Shown: positions 27,296 to 41,660, numbered from the stretch's first letter. The stretch: 64,000 bases of DNA from the human T2T-CHM13v2.0 reference genome, Homo sapiens (GCF_009914755.1 NC_060932.1), one strand, 5' to 3'. The notes: generated by a model from the sequence alone, not told the origin. Numbers and translations: made by a program.

Positions 27296-27767
27296 TGTAA
27301 CTGAATCCAGGTTCCAATGCTCAGCTCTCAAAAGCAAGAACTACAGAGACAGAGTTGTTTGGAGGAAAAGCAGGTTTATCTGGGGAGCCAGCACACTGAG
27401 AAGATGGTGGACTATTGTTCTAAAGCACCATCTTGAGTCAGTATAATTTTAGGCTCTTTTTATGTTAAGGGCAGTAGGAAGAGGAAGGGGTTGAGATCAA
27501 AAAGTAACTGGGTGCCAGTGAGGGTCCCAGGAGCCTGGGAACTTTTGTCCTTGGTCAGGTCACAGTGCCTCTACAAATCTTTCACAAAACATTGTTGGTT
27601 TACACACGTCTCCTTTAATTCAGAGCTAGTTTTAAAAACTACATGATTGCTATTTTTGCATATTATCTCACTGCTCTAAAATTATCCTAGTCTATGTTCA
27701 GGAATGGGTAAAGGCCTCTTAAACAAAAATGGAGTTAGTTATGTTCTTTTCCTGCTTCACTGTTACA
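27296..27767 (-). mobile_element. ERV1-class solo LTR, 472 bp (subfamily not determined)
   Basis: inverted termini TGTAAC...GTTACA, perfect 4-bp TSD ggac; 'aaacaaaaatggagttagttatg' typical of MER4-group LTRs. Confidence 0.88.
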
Positions 27768-28534
27768 GGACCAGATGATGGGAAGAGGATTTTCTCATGA
27801 ACCCTTGCCTGCCTCCATTCCCATGAAAATACACAAAATCACTTGGTCACAATAGTCTAGAAAACTTCTGTCTCTGATAGCAGGAATACACGACTGTAAA
27901 CAGACATATTCCTGGGAATGCCTTGATGCTGGACATCCAGTACGGACTCAGGGAGGAACACTGTAAGCTGTTGAGGGCCAGATCCAGCAACATAGCACAT
28001 GGCTCTATGTGGACCAGAGTTATTACTCTATAGGTTTTTATTTGGGAACTAACTGCCTTACTTGGAATATGGTCACTAGTTTGGTGTGCTTGAGGGTTCA
28101 CAGGGAAGTTATAGAGTATGGATGAAAACATTGGAGAAAGTATCTCTGGTTAAAGGGAAGGTTTGGAATCTTCCATTTGCAACTTACAGAAAAATCATCT
28201 CTCCTTTGTCTCTGGTACCCAGGTCCAGAATTCATTGTTCACCTCTTTGCAATTTATTTGGTCATTTGGGATATATGACTGGGAGAAGAAACTGAACATG
28301 TACCCACTGTGTGCAAAGCATGGTGAACAACAGGCACTCTTACTTGAGGACCTTAAAGTTGAGATTTTCATAATAGCCACAGAAACAAGGATATAAGGAT
28401 TTGTTGGTTTATTTCCAGCCTTGAAGCTCAGGGGCCCAAACTTTCAAATCTAATGTTATATGGGTGAAACATATTTTGGTCAAAAATCTATTCTTCTGAC
28501 ATTCACTTACCTGAGAGTAAAATATATTTTCAGA

Positions 28535-28635
28535 AATCTAATCTGAATTTAATCTTTCATACTTTAAAAGCAGTTAATTTTAAGGAATCTAAACTGAATG
28601 TAATCTTCCCTACTTTAAAAGTGGTTAATTTTAAG
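28535..28635. repeat. diverged tandem duplication, period 51 bp
   Basis: aatctaatctgaatttaatctttcatactttaaaagcagttaattttaag vs aatctaaactgaatgtaatcttccctactttaaaagtggttaattttaag (6 mismatches in 50). Confidence 0.9.
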
Positions 28636-30217
28636 AACTAGGAACATACCCTGCCCTGTGACTATTGTGATAGTAGTTATCTATGATATTTACCTGCTCC
28701 AATAGCTGATGTTGACACAGCTAAATCACAAAGATATCATTCAATTTTGGTGAGATATAATACTCAGAGCAAAATCTCTGAACTCTTCTATTCATACTGG
28801 AATAATTTAGAATTTTTTCCATTATAATCTAGAAATTTTTATAAATCCTCGAAACTAATTATATGCAATTTAGGACACTTGTCACTCATTTTTGATATCT
28901 ATGGGGAAAAAAAGGCATGACCTACTTAAACAGAAATTCTTCTCAAGTTCCATGTAACATGGATTTTAATTCTTGGCTGACCTATCACTTGGATATCCTT
29001 TCACATTTACGGTAGTGATCAGAAAAGCCGAAACCAGAATGAGCGTAAGAAGGAGCTTGTTTTTTTTTTTTCTGTTTTTTTTTGTTTTTTGTTTTTCCAG
29101 TAGTGACAAATTTAAAATTGATTGAACTGATCATTGGATATACTCGCAGTGATAGAATCTTCTCCCTGTTCTCTTTCGCCATTTTAAAATACTTTTTAGT
29201 CTGTCGTCTTGATATAACCTTTATGCAAGTACTTAGAAGAAAGTGGAGATGCTTAATAATCATGTAAATTAGGCAGAAAAGATACATCTTTGATAGGAGA
29301 AATAACTACTAGCAAAACATCTTAATAACAAGTGACCAGAGATGTGGCACATATTTTATGCCAATGGAATTAATAGTGAAACATGCAGCAACCAGCTAAT
29401 TTTTTAAAAAATGAGATGATCATAGTTAATTCTGTTTCATAAGACACACTAAGGAAAAAGATGTTGTATAGGTGGTTTATGCAATAACCATGCGGTTCTT
29501 TTTGCAACATTTTTATATTTGGGAAGAATAGGGCAAAATGTCAAATACTCAATTTCACAGTAGTCTAAATGGCATGCTTCACAGTATCAACACCAGTACT
29601 GTAGAATATAGGTCTTCTCTTTTTTTTCCCCGTTGTTTAAGTTTCCTTGGTAACAATCTTATAACATCTGAAAAATATTTACCGTGGATGCATTTAAGTA
29701 ATTTCTCCCCCTGGTTATTTGCTATCTGAGCAAAGCCCTTTGTAGAATTCGTAGGGCCCAGTGTACCTCACATGCAGGATCTTGTAAATAATATAAAACT
29801 CAGTGATCCAGGTCGAGGATTTTGGACCTTTTCCGTGACCCCAGAATCCCAGGTAGATCAGAATTTGTCTTGGGGACAGACCAAAAGAGAGAAGAATGCT
29901 TTCCTGCCTCCAGTGCTCATTCCTATTCGTCATATGGGATTTGATCCTCTACTGAGTGATCACATAATGTTATAGAATTGCTTGTCATGTTACCTTCTGA
30001 TTTAAAAGATGTTGGGCATGGTCTTCTGTAATATGTGTGGGAAAACAGGGATTCATCAGGTAACTTGTTGGGAATCCACCATCGGCAGATAATGGGAGTA
30101 CAGATAGAACCACCCACAGATTTGGTCTGTCAGATCTTAGAAGTTGCTTGTACATTTTGGGACAGATGTCTGCTAGGCCACATCATCATTTACTAAGAAA
30201 TACTCAAGACCTCTAGA

Positions 30218-30432
30218 GTGGTGTTTCTTAAATAACATTTGGTAAAGTGGTGTGAACCACACCAGCCTAAAGGAAACGTGGGATACTTGATAAAAACCCA
30301 GAGTCTTGGGCACAAACCTATCCTGCTCACAGATTCCTGGGTACAGACCTACTACCTTACTAGCTCAGGGGAGACACTGTGCTCGATCACCTCCATTTAG
30401 ATTCTATGCTAGTTAACAATTTGGCGAACATT
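30218..30432. mobile_element. degraded hAT-Charlie MITE (MER5/MER117-like)
   Basis: 'gtggtgtttcttaaa...gatacttgataaaaacccagagtcttgggc...aatttggcgaacatt'. Confidence 0.4.
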
Positions 30433-30585
30433 CCCATCTCTACATATATCTAACATAGAGGGAGATATTGTGCTATTTCAAAGTGTGCTGCAGCCATTAT
30501 GACATTGCGTCTCTTAACTGCTAGAGTGCAGAGCATTTTAAACAAATACCTCTGCTACATTTTATACAAGCTGTAGTCTTCTAAG

Positions 30586-30772
30586 CAGTGGTTTCTTAAG
30601 TTTAGTGTACATCAGAATCACGGGGAGGTCTTATTAGAGGACAAATTCTGGTCCTACTCCTAGAGTTTCTGATTCAGTAGTTCTGGGATGAGCCCTAAGG
30701 ATCTGTGGTTCTGACAAGTTCCTAGGTGATACTGACACTGCTGGTCTGGGGACTTTACTTGGAGAATCAATG
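30586..30772. mobile_element. MER5A (hAT-Charlie MITE)
   Basis: 'cagtggtttcttaag...catcagaatcac...agagtttctgattcagtagttctggg...acaagttcctaggtgatactgacactgctggtc...gagaatcaatg'. Confidence 0.9.
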
Positions 30773-33700
30773 TTGTAGGGTATTAAGATACAAATTGTTT
30801 TTGGTGAGGATTCAAAAACTGTTTCTCCTCTGATCTGTCGAGCTCTCCTCTTTTTCTTTCCTGTCTCAGATTTGTATAATAGAATGAAAAGAATCATACT
30901 TTAAATTGTACCACCTGTGTATTTTTAGGTCTTGTTCTTGTTGCTTGAGAAAAACGTTAGAGGTCATCATTCTATTTTAATCTTTGCTAACCTGATGGGC
31001 AAATAATAAATATCTTGTAAAAACATCTGATTTCATCGATCACTCAATATTGAATACTTTCATTGTATGATACACAGTCCTCTTTTAATTTGGTTTATTG
31101 TTTATAGCTTATCTTTTTTATTGAGGTTTTAGTTTTTTTCTTGATGTTTTGTAAGAGGGCTTAATAGGTAAAATAAGTCATCCATTTATCTGGGAAATGT
31201 TTCCCCATTTGGCATTTTCTTTGTAACCCATTCAGCTTTTACATTTGCTACTTGAAGAAATCTAGCTTTAATGAAGAAACTAAAAATCTTCTTTGCTAAG
31301 TGATTCCCTTTCACTATGTGGCTGCTTACAGGCTTCTGTTTCTTCCAGCCACAGGGCTTGTGGTATCCTCTCTTCTATGTTAGCCATCATTTGGTTTTCA
31401 GAGCCTCAGAAACAAAAGGATACTTTATGCAATTCTGCAGCCTTGCTGTTTTGAACATAAATGAATTTGTTTTAAAATTCTATTTAAGGACTGCTTTTAT
31501 CATTCTTGCAGCTTAAAGTTATTAACCTATACGAGAATGTCTTTAAAGAGTCATCTGAAGGTTACATAAGACTACCTATCAAAATTGATGTGTCCTGTAC
31601 TGATCAATGCTAGAGAATTTCAGAGACTGCTGTGACTAGTGTCACCTGGAGCAGCTGTTGCTTGTGGGAGGTAGTGGCTTGAAATGGTTCTGTTGGGATT
31701 TGAATGTACAGAAAGATAGGAAAAGACAATTCTGGGTTGGTTTCTGTTTTCTTGTAAGCAAGAGAGGCCTCTTGTAACAGAAAGTATATAAAGAAAAATA
31801 AATGGCAATGCTGGAATGTGGGCCCACCTGCTCATCTGAAATTGATTTGCCGGGTAGTAAGATGCGACTGTACACATCAGACCCGGCTGACCTTCTGGGC
31901 TACTTTCCACACACAAAGGAATATAATGTCCTTAGTCCTGGATCAAATTTGGCAGTACAATTCCATGATCTCCATGATTCTGCTGGGAGAGAATTTAGCC
32001 CTCCTCTATATCTTTATTTCATGTTCACCTGCATTGGCTCAGGTGATCCTACTGTGTAACTACAGAAGACTGTAAATGATATCCTTAGATATGCTGAATG
32101 GCTGTGCAGGAGTATAAATGATATTTATGAGGAAGTTGGGAGTGCTTTAAATATTGTGAAAATGCTGACTTTGACACATCCAGGATAATGATGCAGAAAC
32201 AGTAGGCTCTTTGTAAACTGTTTAATGGCAACAATTTTCTAAATCAAAGCAATCTACACTTCCCCATTTACAATTTCATCTCCAACTACTACAGTCTCGT
32301 AAAGAGGTTTACTACACTGAATCTTTTGCCTTTTTGAATGATTATCTTAGTACCCTGATGCTTCAGATCCTTTACATTTTATCTTTCAAAAGCATAGAAA
32401 TGTTACATGGGGGATGAGGTGAACATCATTTTTGCCAAAACATAGTATTACTGATAGATACAAAATTCCTTTAAGAAGCACACGTTTATAAAATCGTGAG
32501 ATGACTTTCTTGTCATAATAGTGTTTAATACCCTAGATAAGTACTAATACTTAAGTGGGTTTGTGCGCTTGTATATAGAAAAAATATATTAGTAATCTAA
32601 ACATGTGTCTAGCCTGTAGGTTAATGGGTTTGCTGTAGTAAATGCCAAAAGGATTATACAGTGCAACTCCATTACATTTAATGTTTCAAATGTGGCAAAG
32701 TTTGATCTATATATTAACTTTTGTGTTTGCTAACTCATAGGCATTTACCTAAAAATACACTTTTCTCCATGTGTGAGCTGAAAAGAACGCTTGTAATCTA
32801 ATTATATTTGACTGTAGCCAGTGCTGTTTACATTTTATAAAGCCTACATTTATTCCTGACCTGCTGTGTCTTCATTTAATGATTTTCTTCTAGAATTTTC
32901 CATGACCCCTTTTGCTTGCATCGGCAGAGAAAATAACACAAAATAGCAGAAATGTGGAAAAAAAAGTGCCTGCTAGAAAATACTTGAGCCTTTCCAAGGG
33001 AACCTGGAAAGAAAAAAGTATCCTACTGTGTGGTTTGGTTTTGTCATATGGGGCATTTCTAGAAATAAAAATCCTGCTATACTCTGCTTCAAATACATTT
33101 GAATAACACATTTCTGTTAGTAAATTTTCTGATCTAATTTTCATTGTAATTTAAAAAGAGGGATTTCTTTTATTCACTAAAGTGATTTTCATCTTTGACT
33201 GTGTTGGGCATGGGAAGAAGAGTAAACGTAGCTGTGTGCTCAGAAACACAATATGCCAACTTTATATCTCTGGGACTTTGCTATAAACTTTTATTTTAAA
33301 TGTTCTGTGTGCTCACAAAAATTTAGAGGATATGAAACACATATTAGACTTTTTTTTAACCTCAAACACTGAATAAAAACTCATGCATGAAAGTGCCTAA
33401 TAAAATGGAAAGTGCCCAAAGTGAGGAACAGAGATTTTATGATTCCAATACAGACCTGACAGAAAAAAAATTAAGGTAAAGCAGAGTCATCTCTTTGTAA
33501 AGAGCATCACCAACTGAAAGAAAGAAGATTTGCACACTTTATTATGGTGGCCTTTTTTGTCTGTGGATAGTCTATCCTGACCTCTCAGGTCATGGCGTGT
33601 GTTTTCTTTGGAGAAATCTCAAGTCATTTTTAACATGCTGAAATTCTTAAAAGAGAGAAAAGAATTCTCTGAGTTCAAAAATGCTTTGCTTTACCGTTGA

Positions 33701-36189
33701 TGTGTTTCCAGTCTGTATATTCCCTGGGGTAAAAGGAAAATGAACTCTAGCTTTTGGGACAGCATAGGCAAGAACTGTGAGTGGAAGCCATGGTATCATG
33801 ATTATTTAAACAGTAGGATTGGACTGAGGAAGTCTGTGGAAACAATCGATTTTCTTTGTGTGGGAATGCATGTCTGATTAGACTGTTTACATGATAATGA
33901 CTAGTATATATTTATGTAGAAAGTATTTAAAACTGATTAAGATTCTAAAGGTTTTTTCCTTGAATATGTTTGAAGAGTCAATGTAAAAACGTTGGTGATA
34001 CATGGAACTTCAGAGTCTATTTTCATCTTTAGATATATGGGCTGTTTTCTTCCTTGTTTCAATACATGGTTGCACAGTCCGTATGTGAACTATAGTTGGA
34101 ACAGGGTTAATTGTCAAAAGAAAATGGAGGGGTAATATAGAAGACAGGAATTTTCTTTGAACATTTTACTTTTTCAGAAATATCATGAAATTATATTTAT
34201 GCATTGTTAATACATGTTATGTGTATTAAATATTGTATTACATCTCCATATAACCAAAATTTTTATGTTCAGCTATGTAATATTTGGTATAATCAAAGGT
34301 CAGAAAAATTGGTACCATGGCCTTGAGTATGCAATGGAATGAGTTGCTTATTTTGACTGTAGATAGTAGTGTGTCACTATTACAAATATTAATCTCATTG
34401 TTAGAATTATTACTGTGATCATTCTGATAAGGCAGTAAGTGTTCACTGCTCCTTAATATATACATCTTTTTTTTCTTCTAATGATTCTGTATTTCAGATG
34501 TTGGCATTCACGTAATGATTTTCCCTTTTTGTTTGGGTTTGTTTCTGAGAAGCCACATTGGACCTCTTCAGAGCAACACAATACATCAATGCAGACAAGA
34601 GAGTTTATACATTAAAGCACAATAACCATTATTCTTTAGTATAGGTTAATTGAAGCTTGGCAGAAGTTGAACTAAAATATAAGGGAGGGGTGCTCACCAC
34701 CATTGAAAGGATAGCAAAGAACAGCTTAATGTTTTGGAAAATGGCCTTTGAGTCTTGTAATGTGAATGTGGTCGACAGAACACATTGATTGACGAGTTAG
34801 AATAATTGGTAGGTTTGGAGCAGAATTAGATTCTTTTTGGCAGTGTGCTGGAACAGACTCTGGCTCCATGAGCCAATAATCTACCCAAGTGGTCAGTGGG
34901 CTTTGTAGGGTGTGTATTTAGTCATTCATGTTTAGAGGCTTTATAGCCCAACCAAACTTTCTTTGTCATATTTTGAGGATTTTGCTTACATGTGTGATGA
35001 ACACATGGCATTCACCCTTCATCTTTAGTCTATACTCAATCTGAAAAATGTGTGTCGTTATTTTCATTGCAGCCAGCATGGATTCTTTGGGATGAGATGA
35101 GAGTTCCCCTCGGAATATCAATATAAAGATTTTGTTAAAATAGCCATAATTGCAAAACCATAATTGTCTCCCCCAGTATACATTGAACTGATTCTTGGTG
35201 ATATGATTCCTTTAGGATTTGGTTGGAAGGTATTTGAGTGTCATCATACCTTACTGCTCAAACTCCAACACTTCTCTCCTTGCTAAGTTCACTTCTGTGA
35301 ACCATAATCTAATCAGAGGCAGCAAAGAGAGAAAGAGGCCAGGCCTCAAGATCGGTGCTCTTTGTACTTCATGAGTGTATTCCTCATTTGTGATTTTTGT
35401 ATGAGAATTTTAACTCTGTTGAACTCTATAATTCAGTTGAAATATCACTTGAAATTTATGCTGCATAGCCCAAGAGGTCACCTGAAGAAAGACCAGGGAA
35501 GTTTACAAAACACGAATGAAGATCTAACAGAAACACAGCTGAGAATAACCTGTGATTGGGAACTAAATGCAAAGGAGAAATATTCAGTTTTATTTCATAT
35601 TTCTTTAATGGAAATTCTTCAAACTGCAGAAGTAGTACCTCTTTGTTTTGTCAAGTGAAACAAGGCAATACAAAGATGTATAAAGGAAAAGTTGGTTATC
35701 TGCCTTTTCTCCTGACATTATCCCCACCTCTCCATCTAATGCAGCTAATATTGGTAGCTTAGTGTCCACTCTTCCACTTTTTCTATTGCCTATAAAAATG
35801 TATTAAAGTATATTTAAGTTCTCATGTCATTAGTGGTGTTGTTTTACCAAAAAAAATTATATATATATTAGTCTGTAATTTGCCTTTTCTCTTAAATATA
35901 TGTCATGGAATTAACAAGTTATGAATGCAAGACACAGAAGCAGAGGAGCAAGAGTAAAGGGGTATCTGGAATGTTCTTAGGCACAGTTGGGAAATAAACA
36001 TTCAATAATTACAAAGTCTGTTGGGTAGTACAGGATAGGTGGATATTCTGAATATTAATGATTAGGTAGAAATTTACTTCTTTATTTCTTGTAATCAAAT
36101 ATGTAGAAATGCTATTTGGAGCTTTAGATTACCCTAGGAAAATCAATGTAGAATACACCAAGTTCTCCTCATCTAGTCATGAGAAAAGG

Positions 36190-37965
36190 AACTTTAAGAC
36201 TACAATGAAATATCATTTCTTTGATATTTCAAAGAACGACAATGAGAATGACAAACGTTAAAAATTCTGATAATTCCCAAAATGGAGTGGATACAGGAAA
36301 GAGGAATGATTTTTCCTACTATGACAAGTAAATTTGAAAACATGTTTTCATTATCTAATAAAGTTGAAGATGTATATATCCTGGACTTAATGCTTCCATA
36401 CTAAGAATGTACCTTTGAACCAAGGTTCTCAAATAGTACTATCTCAGGACACCTTTAGAGTCTTAAAAATTATCAAGAACCCTAAAGATTTTTTCTTATG
36501 TAAGTTTTCATCTATTAGACATGAAATTTTAGTAAACTTTATTACATTTAGAAACAATAAAACCCATTATATGTTAACACAAACAGTGTATTATCAAAAA
36601 TAACTTCTTAAAAAATTTAGCAAATTTACATGACGTTATTTAAAATTTTTGAAAATGTCTTTTCAAATGTTTGGCTTCATAGAAAGCTGATTCTCATATT
36701 TGGTTCTGCATTTACTGTGTGATATATTGTTTGGTTCCAGTATGTGAAGAAAATCTGGCCCCACAAGTATACTTGACAAAGGAAGGAGTTTTTTAACAGC
36801 CCTTTCAGATATTGATGGCATTCTTTTTGATGCTACACTAAAACCTCACAAGTGGTAGTTTTTTGAAGTTAAGTGACAATGTAGGAATCTGAAACCATAT
36901 TAAAGAATTTTTACACTCTGTTCTATTAGCCTGCATATCTTTACCCATAATTTTGTCACTTCAAACAATGATCAATTAGAAAATGTTGGTTCACTGAGTT
37001 ATTTATATCTTCTGAATGTTGAGCCATTTCACAATGCAATATCAAAACCATTTTCATTACTATTGCCACTGATTTCATCAGAAAAGCTTTTGTATATTAG
37101 AAAGCTATAAAGTTCAGAGTAGCAGTTAAGTTTTCCAAAATTCTAATTTTCAATCAAAAGCACAAATTTTGTCATTGGCAATGAATACTGTCAGTTTCTT
37201 AAAACAATTATAGTCTCATTATTTATTTTGGAGAAAATGTCTGCTTAAGTCTGAATAATTATAGCTTTTTCAGACATTCTTTCAAGTAACACATGGCACT
37301 CCATGAAATGAAAAGCCAGTTTAGTTTATAACTCAGTCACATGAGAGCTTTTTCTTAAGATTACCACTGTACTTCAATATGCTGCAGGATGGCTTTATGC
37401 ATAATTTTTGTTATTAAAAGACATATACTCAAGGGTAGAGACCTAATAAAATTAGTGACTTTTAATGTCATCAAGGACTTGAAACTGGCACTTTTTCTGC
37501 TGCAAGTAACTGGCAGTAAAGGATACAGTGATTAATAAAGATTGGTGCCACAGTTTCCATTGTGCTAACAGCACCAGCGGTTGTGTCCACATTGAATTGT
37601 CCACCATCTGTGCAATATCAGTGTAGTGAAAACAGCACATAATATTCTTGTGTTATTATTAAATTAATAATTTAATTTAATAAATTAATTTATTTTTTTT
37701 GCCTGGATCTCCCGAAAGAGTCTTGGGAACCCCCAGAGTTCTGGAAACCACGTTTTGAGAATAATTGCCTTCAAAGCTTGGACATGTGCAACAAATTATG
37801 CGTACGAGAATGTTTACAGTACAGTTCCATTTAACAGAAAAATATTTGGAAATAATTTAAGTGTCCATTAACTTAAGCATGGATAAACAAATTGTAGCAT
37901 AGTCATTTAATGGGGTCCTATCTCAAAAACATAATGTTACCTGAAAAAAATAAGTGCAGGCAATT
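36190..37965 (+). mobile_element. L1ME-like remnant split by Charlie1a (parts ~36190-36420, ~37770-37965)
   Basis: 'acaatgaaatatcattt...ttctgataattcccaa', 'tggaaataatttaagtgtccattaac...tggataaacaaattgtagcatagtcat'. Confidence 0.55.
36421..37767 (-). mobile_element. Charlie1a-like hAT DNA transposon (non-autonomous deletion derivative)
   Basis: degenerate TIRs caaggttctcaaa / tttgagaataattg; characteristic 'tcttaaaaattatcaagaaccctaaag', 'gtatgtgaagaaaatctggcc', 'acaagtggtagtttt'; no intact transposase. Confidence 0.85.
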
Positions 37966-37974
37966 ACTGCAATC

Positions 37975-38105
37975 TGACTCGCCTACTGAAGTGGGTCTCC
38001 CTTAGCGTAGGTGTCTTTGTCTATTTCATTCATGTTGATGTCTTAAGTAAATAAAAGTGCCTAGCATGTAGTAGGCATACAATAAGTATTTGTTTAATGT
38101 TTGAA
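37975..38105 (+). mobile_element. L2 3' end
   Basis: 'agtgcctagcatgtagtaggcatacaataagtatttgtttaatg'. Confidence 0.7.
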
Positions 38106-39469
38106 TAATTTTCATGAATAAAACTCAAAAACATGTACTATTCAACGATATATTTAGAGAACACTGCAGGAATCAATAATTCCCTCAACCCTCCCCACTT
38201 TTGATTTCAAAACCTCTAGCTTTAAAGTGGACTCCAAAAGTGATTTCATACTGGTGGTCCAAATGATTATTTTTGGCATAATAATTTAGAAACAGTTAAA
38301 TTTCCTATCTTCCATCCTTTTTTTTAAGTCTCAATGGAAGTGATGTTTATAGTTTGTTTAATAAACCGGGGGAATGGGAAACGTTATGTTTAGAAAAATG
38401 TGTAAGAACATGCTGTCTTAATGTTTTTGAGTTTGTTTTGATTTCCAATCTGTGCACTCTCTTCTTTCATGGCCATCAAGTGCTTGCAGATTGTTGCCGT
38501 TTTTGTTGTTTTCAGCACAATCCCTTAAATTCATTAAGTAGATAATGTTTATATTTCATTTAATGGGAAAGGAAAGATTCCGAAAATATCTAAAAAGTTA
38601 TTTCAAACAGACTGTATCTTGAGACTGCATGTCATTCTAGTGAGAATATTTCTTTCTGCTGACTTCAAACAGTTGAGTGTGTGTGTGTGAGAGAGAGTTG
38701 GTAATTAAACTTTATAAGCAGACAAGCTTAAAACAGTAGCATAAATATACTTAAGCCTGAGGCAGTTGAAAAGTAGCTGCAGGAATCCACGTGTGCAAAT
38801 ACTTTTAACAGAGGCCTCACTTGCACAGCCTTGAGACTCACTTTTTTTTCCCCCAAAATACCATTGAAAATCCTTTTCCTTTCTCCTACCCACATAATCC
38901 CCTACATGACTCATAGACCTTTAAAACTATTATGTACCTTAAAAGTCAGAGGTGATCTTATCCAGGGGTTTTTACATCCCTGACAGTAGTATTTAAAGCA
39001 ACTGAACTCAGAATATAAAATATATCTATACATTTAGATTGTATTTTAGAAAGTCAGGCTGGTAGAACAATGCAGTTTAAATAATTTGAAGTCTCAAGTA
39101 TTATGGAAAGGCGTACCATCACGGTTGTATCTTCCATGCTTCTGAATTGTATCCAGTGCCACCTTACCAATGGTGTTCTTGAAGAGTATAGACCCAAACA
39201 ACTGTTCTTCTGTGCATAAAGACTGAGGATTATTGTCCCCTAGGAAGGAAGAAGTGTATAGCATTAAATATTTGCCACCTTAAAAAAGAAATTTTCTAAT
39301 TTCACTCTCCCTAGCCTTAGGGATCGTCATTAGGCCAACTGCCTACTATGAGAGTGTTTGCTTTAGTAGAATTGTATATGATAAGGGTTTAATTTTATTT
39401 TTAAAGTTATTGATAATAAATGCAAGGTAAAATATGAAGGTAATATTTTTCCCCTTTAATATTAACAAA

Positions 39470-40060
39470 GCGTTAAAAGTTTGAAAATGACTAGTGCTGA
39501 TATTGGCATGGATATAGAAGGTAGAAACATGCATACATTGGTTAACTGGTGGTACCAGTTTTCTTGGAGGGCAATTTATCAGTAAACAGCAAAATCTCTT
39601 GAAAGTGATTCACATATTTCAATTTTTAAAAAACGTTCAAAGAAACAGAAGATAATCATGCAAGTACACATATAAGCATTTACATAAGGACACATTTAAG
39701 TGTTTTTTGGTATTTACGAAAATTAAATCAACCTGATATTCCATTAAGAGATAAGAAAAATATATAAGTAAAGAGGCTATTAGATAACTAATCATTAACA
39801 CAGAGGTATGATTCTATATTTATTGACACATAAGATGGTTATTATGTTAAATAATCAGGTTCAAATTATGATTAAAAGTTACATATACATGTTCACCGAA
39901 ATTAAACAGGAAAGACATACACATAAGTAATAGTTATGATCCTGTATGGAGGAAAATCCAATGATTTTTTTGTTGGTTTGATTGGTCCTTATTCTCTTTA
40001 CAAGATTTTCATAACAATTATTTATTGCACATGTGATTTTAAGAGTAAAGAAAAAGCTAC
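39470..40060 (+). mobile_element. L1ME-like remnant
   Basis: 'catacattggttaactggtggtaccagttttcttggagggcaatttatcagta'. Confidence 0.45.
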
Positions 40061-40183
40061 CAACATAAATTATAAGTAAAATTCTGTTCTTTAGAGAAAA
40101 GAAGTTATTTCCCTTTTTATTGCACTATAATTGTATTGATTCAAATGTTGCTAAAAATAAATTATTCATTAATAAGGTCTTAG

Positions 40184-40535
<352 letters not shown>

Positions 40536-40619
40536 AATGCTAGTATTTCTTAATAATGGCACCTGACCGATATACTTTTGCCTTTTGTGGAGAAAAATAG
40601 TGGACACCTTAAAACAAAG

Positions 40620-41660
40620 TAAATGTAAAGTAGCCTTTACAAATATGGCCCTAAATGTAGAAGCCATTGAAGTAAAGTTTGACAAATTCAACTACATAAA
40701 AAACATGCTCACAACAAAAGCTACCCTAAGCAAATTCAAAAGACCAACGGAACTTAGGAAAATAATTTTTCAAATTCCTATTACAGCCAAAGGGCTAATA
40801 TCTTTAAAATAAAGAACTTGTAGAAATCAATAGGGAAAAACCAGCAACTCAATACAGAAATAGCATAAGAATATGAGCCAAGCATTCACAGAGTCATGAA
40901 TGGCTCCTAAACATAAATGACATTTACAATTGTAACAGTTAGAGTTTGAGAATTACCAAAGAAAACACTCTGAAATGCCAATTTGTCACCCGCCAAATTG
41001 GCAAAAGCCCAAACATTTCATAATACTGTTGTCGTGTCGGTGGATAAAATCAACTGTTGTCTTTGGGATTGTAACTTTATAGAATCTCCACGTACATAAT
41101 ATTGACAGTGATTATTTAAACTATGAACCCACATATTCTTTGATTTACAGCTCACATTTTTGAAATGCTAGATATATTGCATACTAGCATACTATGTATG
41201 GAAGAGGTAATTCATCACAACATTGTTGGTAAAAAGCAAAGACTACAGGCATCTTAAAGTTCATTGATAGGGTTCCAATTAAATGCAGAGCAGTATGCTA
41301 TTATTATTCTTAAAAAGAAGAAGATACCTTCATGTGCGTTAATATTGAAAAAAATCCAAAAAAGATAGTGGGAAAAAGAAAGTTTAGGACGCTGGATAAT
41401 GTGTGTGTAGAAAAGGGGACAGTTACACATCTCTGCACATACACGTGTATAAAATTTATAAAATGAGCATATAATTACATAAACATATGGTATTTACATA
41501 AGAGCAAAAAATTAATATTTGTTGCTTCCAGGGAAGAGTACTGACTGGCTAGAGACATTGTGGAGAGGTTGACTTTTCACTGCATACTCTTTACAAAGCT
41601 TGGAGCTTGGATAGTTTAAGTAAATCACTTAGCTTGAAAATGAATGAAACATATATTTAA
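40620..41660 (+). mobile_element. L1ME-like remnant (end of ORF2 and 3' UTR)
   Basis: ORF 40585-40812 reads KFDKFNYIK...KIIF...AKGLIS, resembling L1 ORF2p (KIDKWDLIK...EKIF...DKGLIS). Confidence 0.7.

Noticed and set aside
27027-27446. Longest ORF in the track (139 aa)
   Set aside because: It spans an L2/LTR junction, has a non-ATG start and no recognisable motif; a chance ORF.
29700-30200. Overlapping ORFs suggesting a processed pseudogene
   Set aside because: No recognisable protein, poly(A) tail or TSD; a BLAST search would be needed to go further.
37930-37955. Second minus-strand AG|GT motif (ttatttttttcag|gtaaca)
   Set aside because: Weak donor, and it lies within a degraded L1 remnant.
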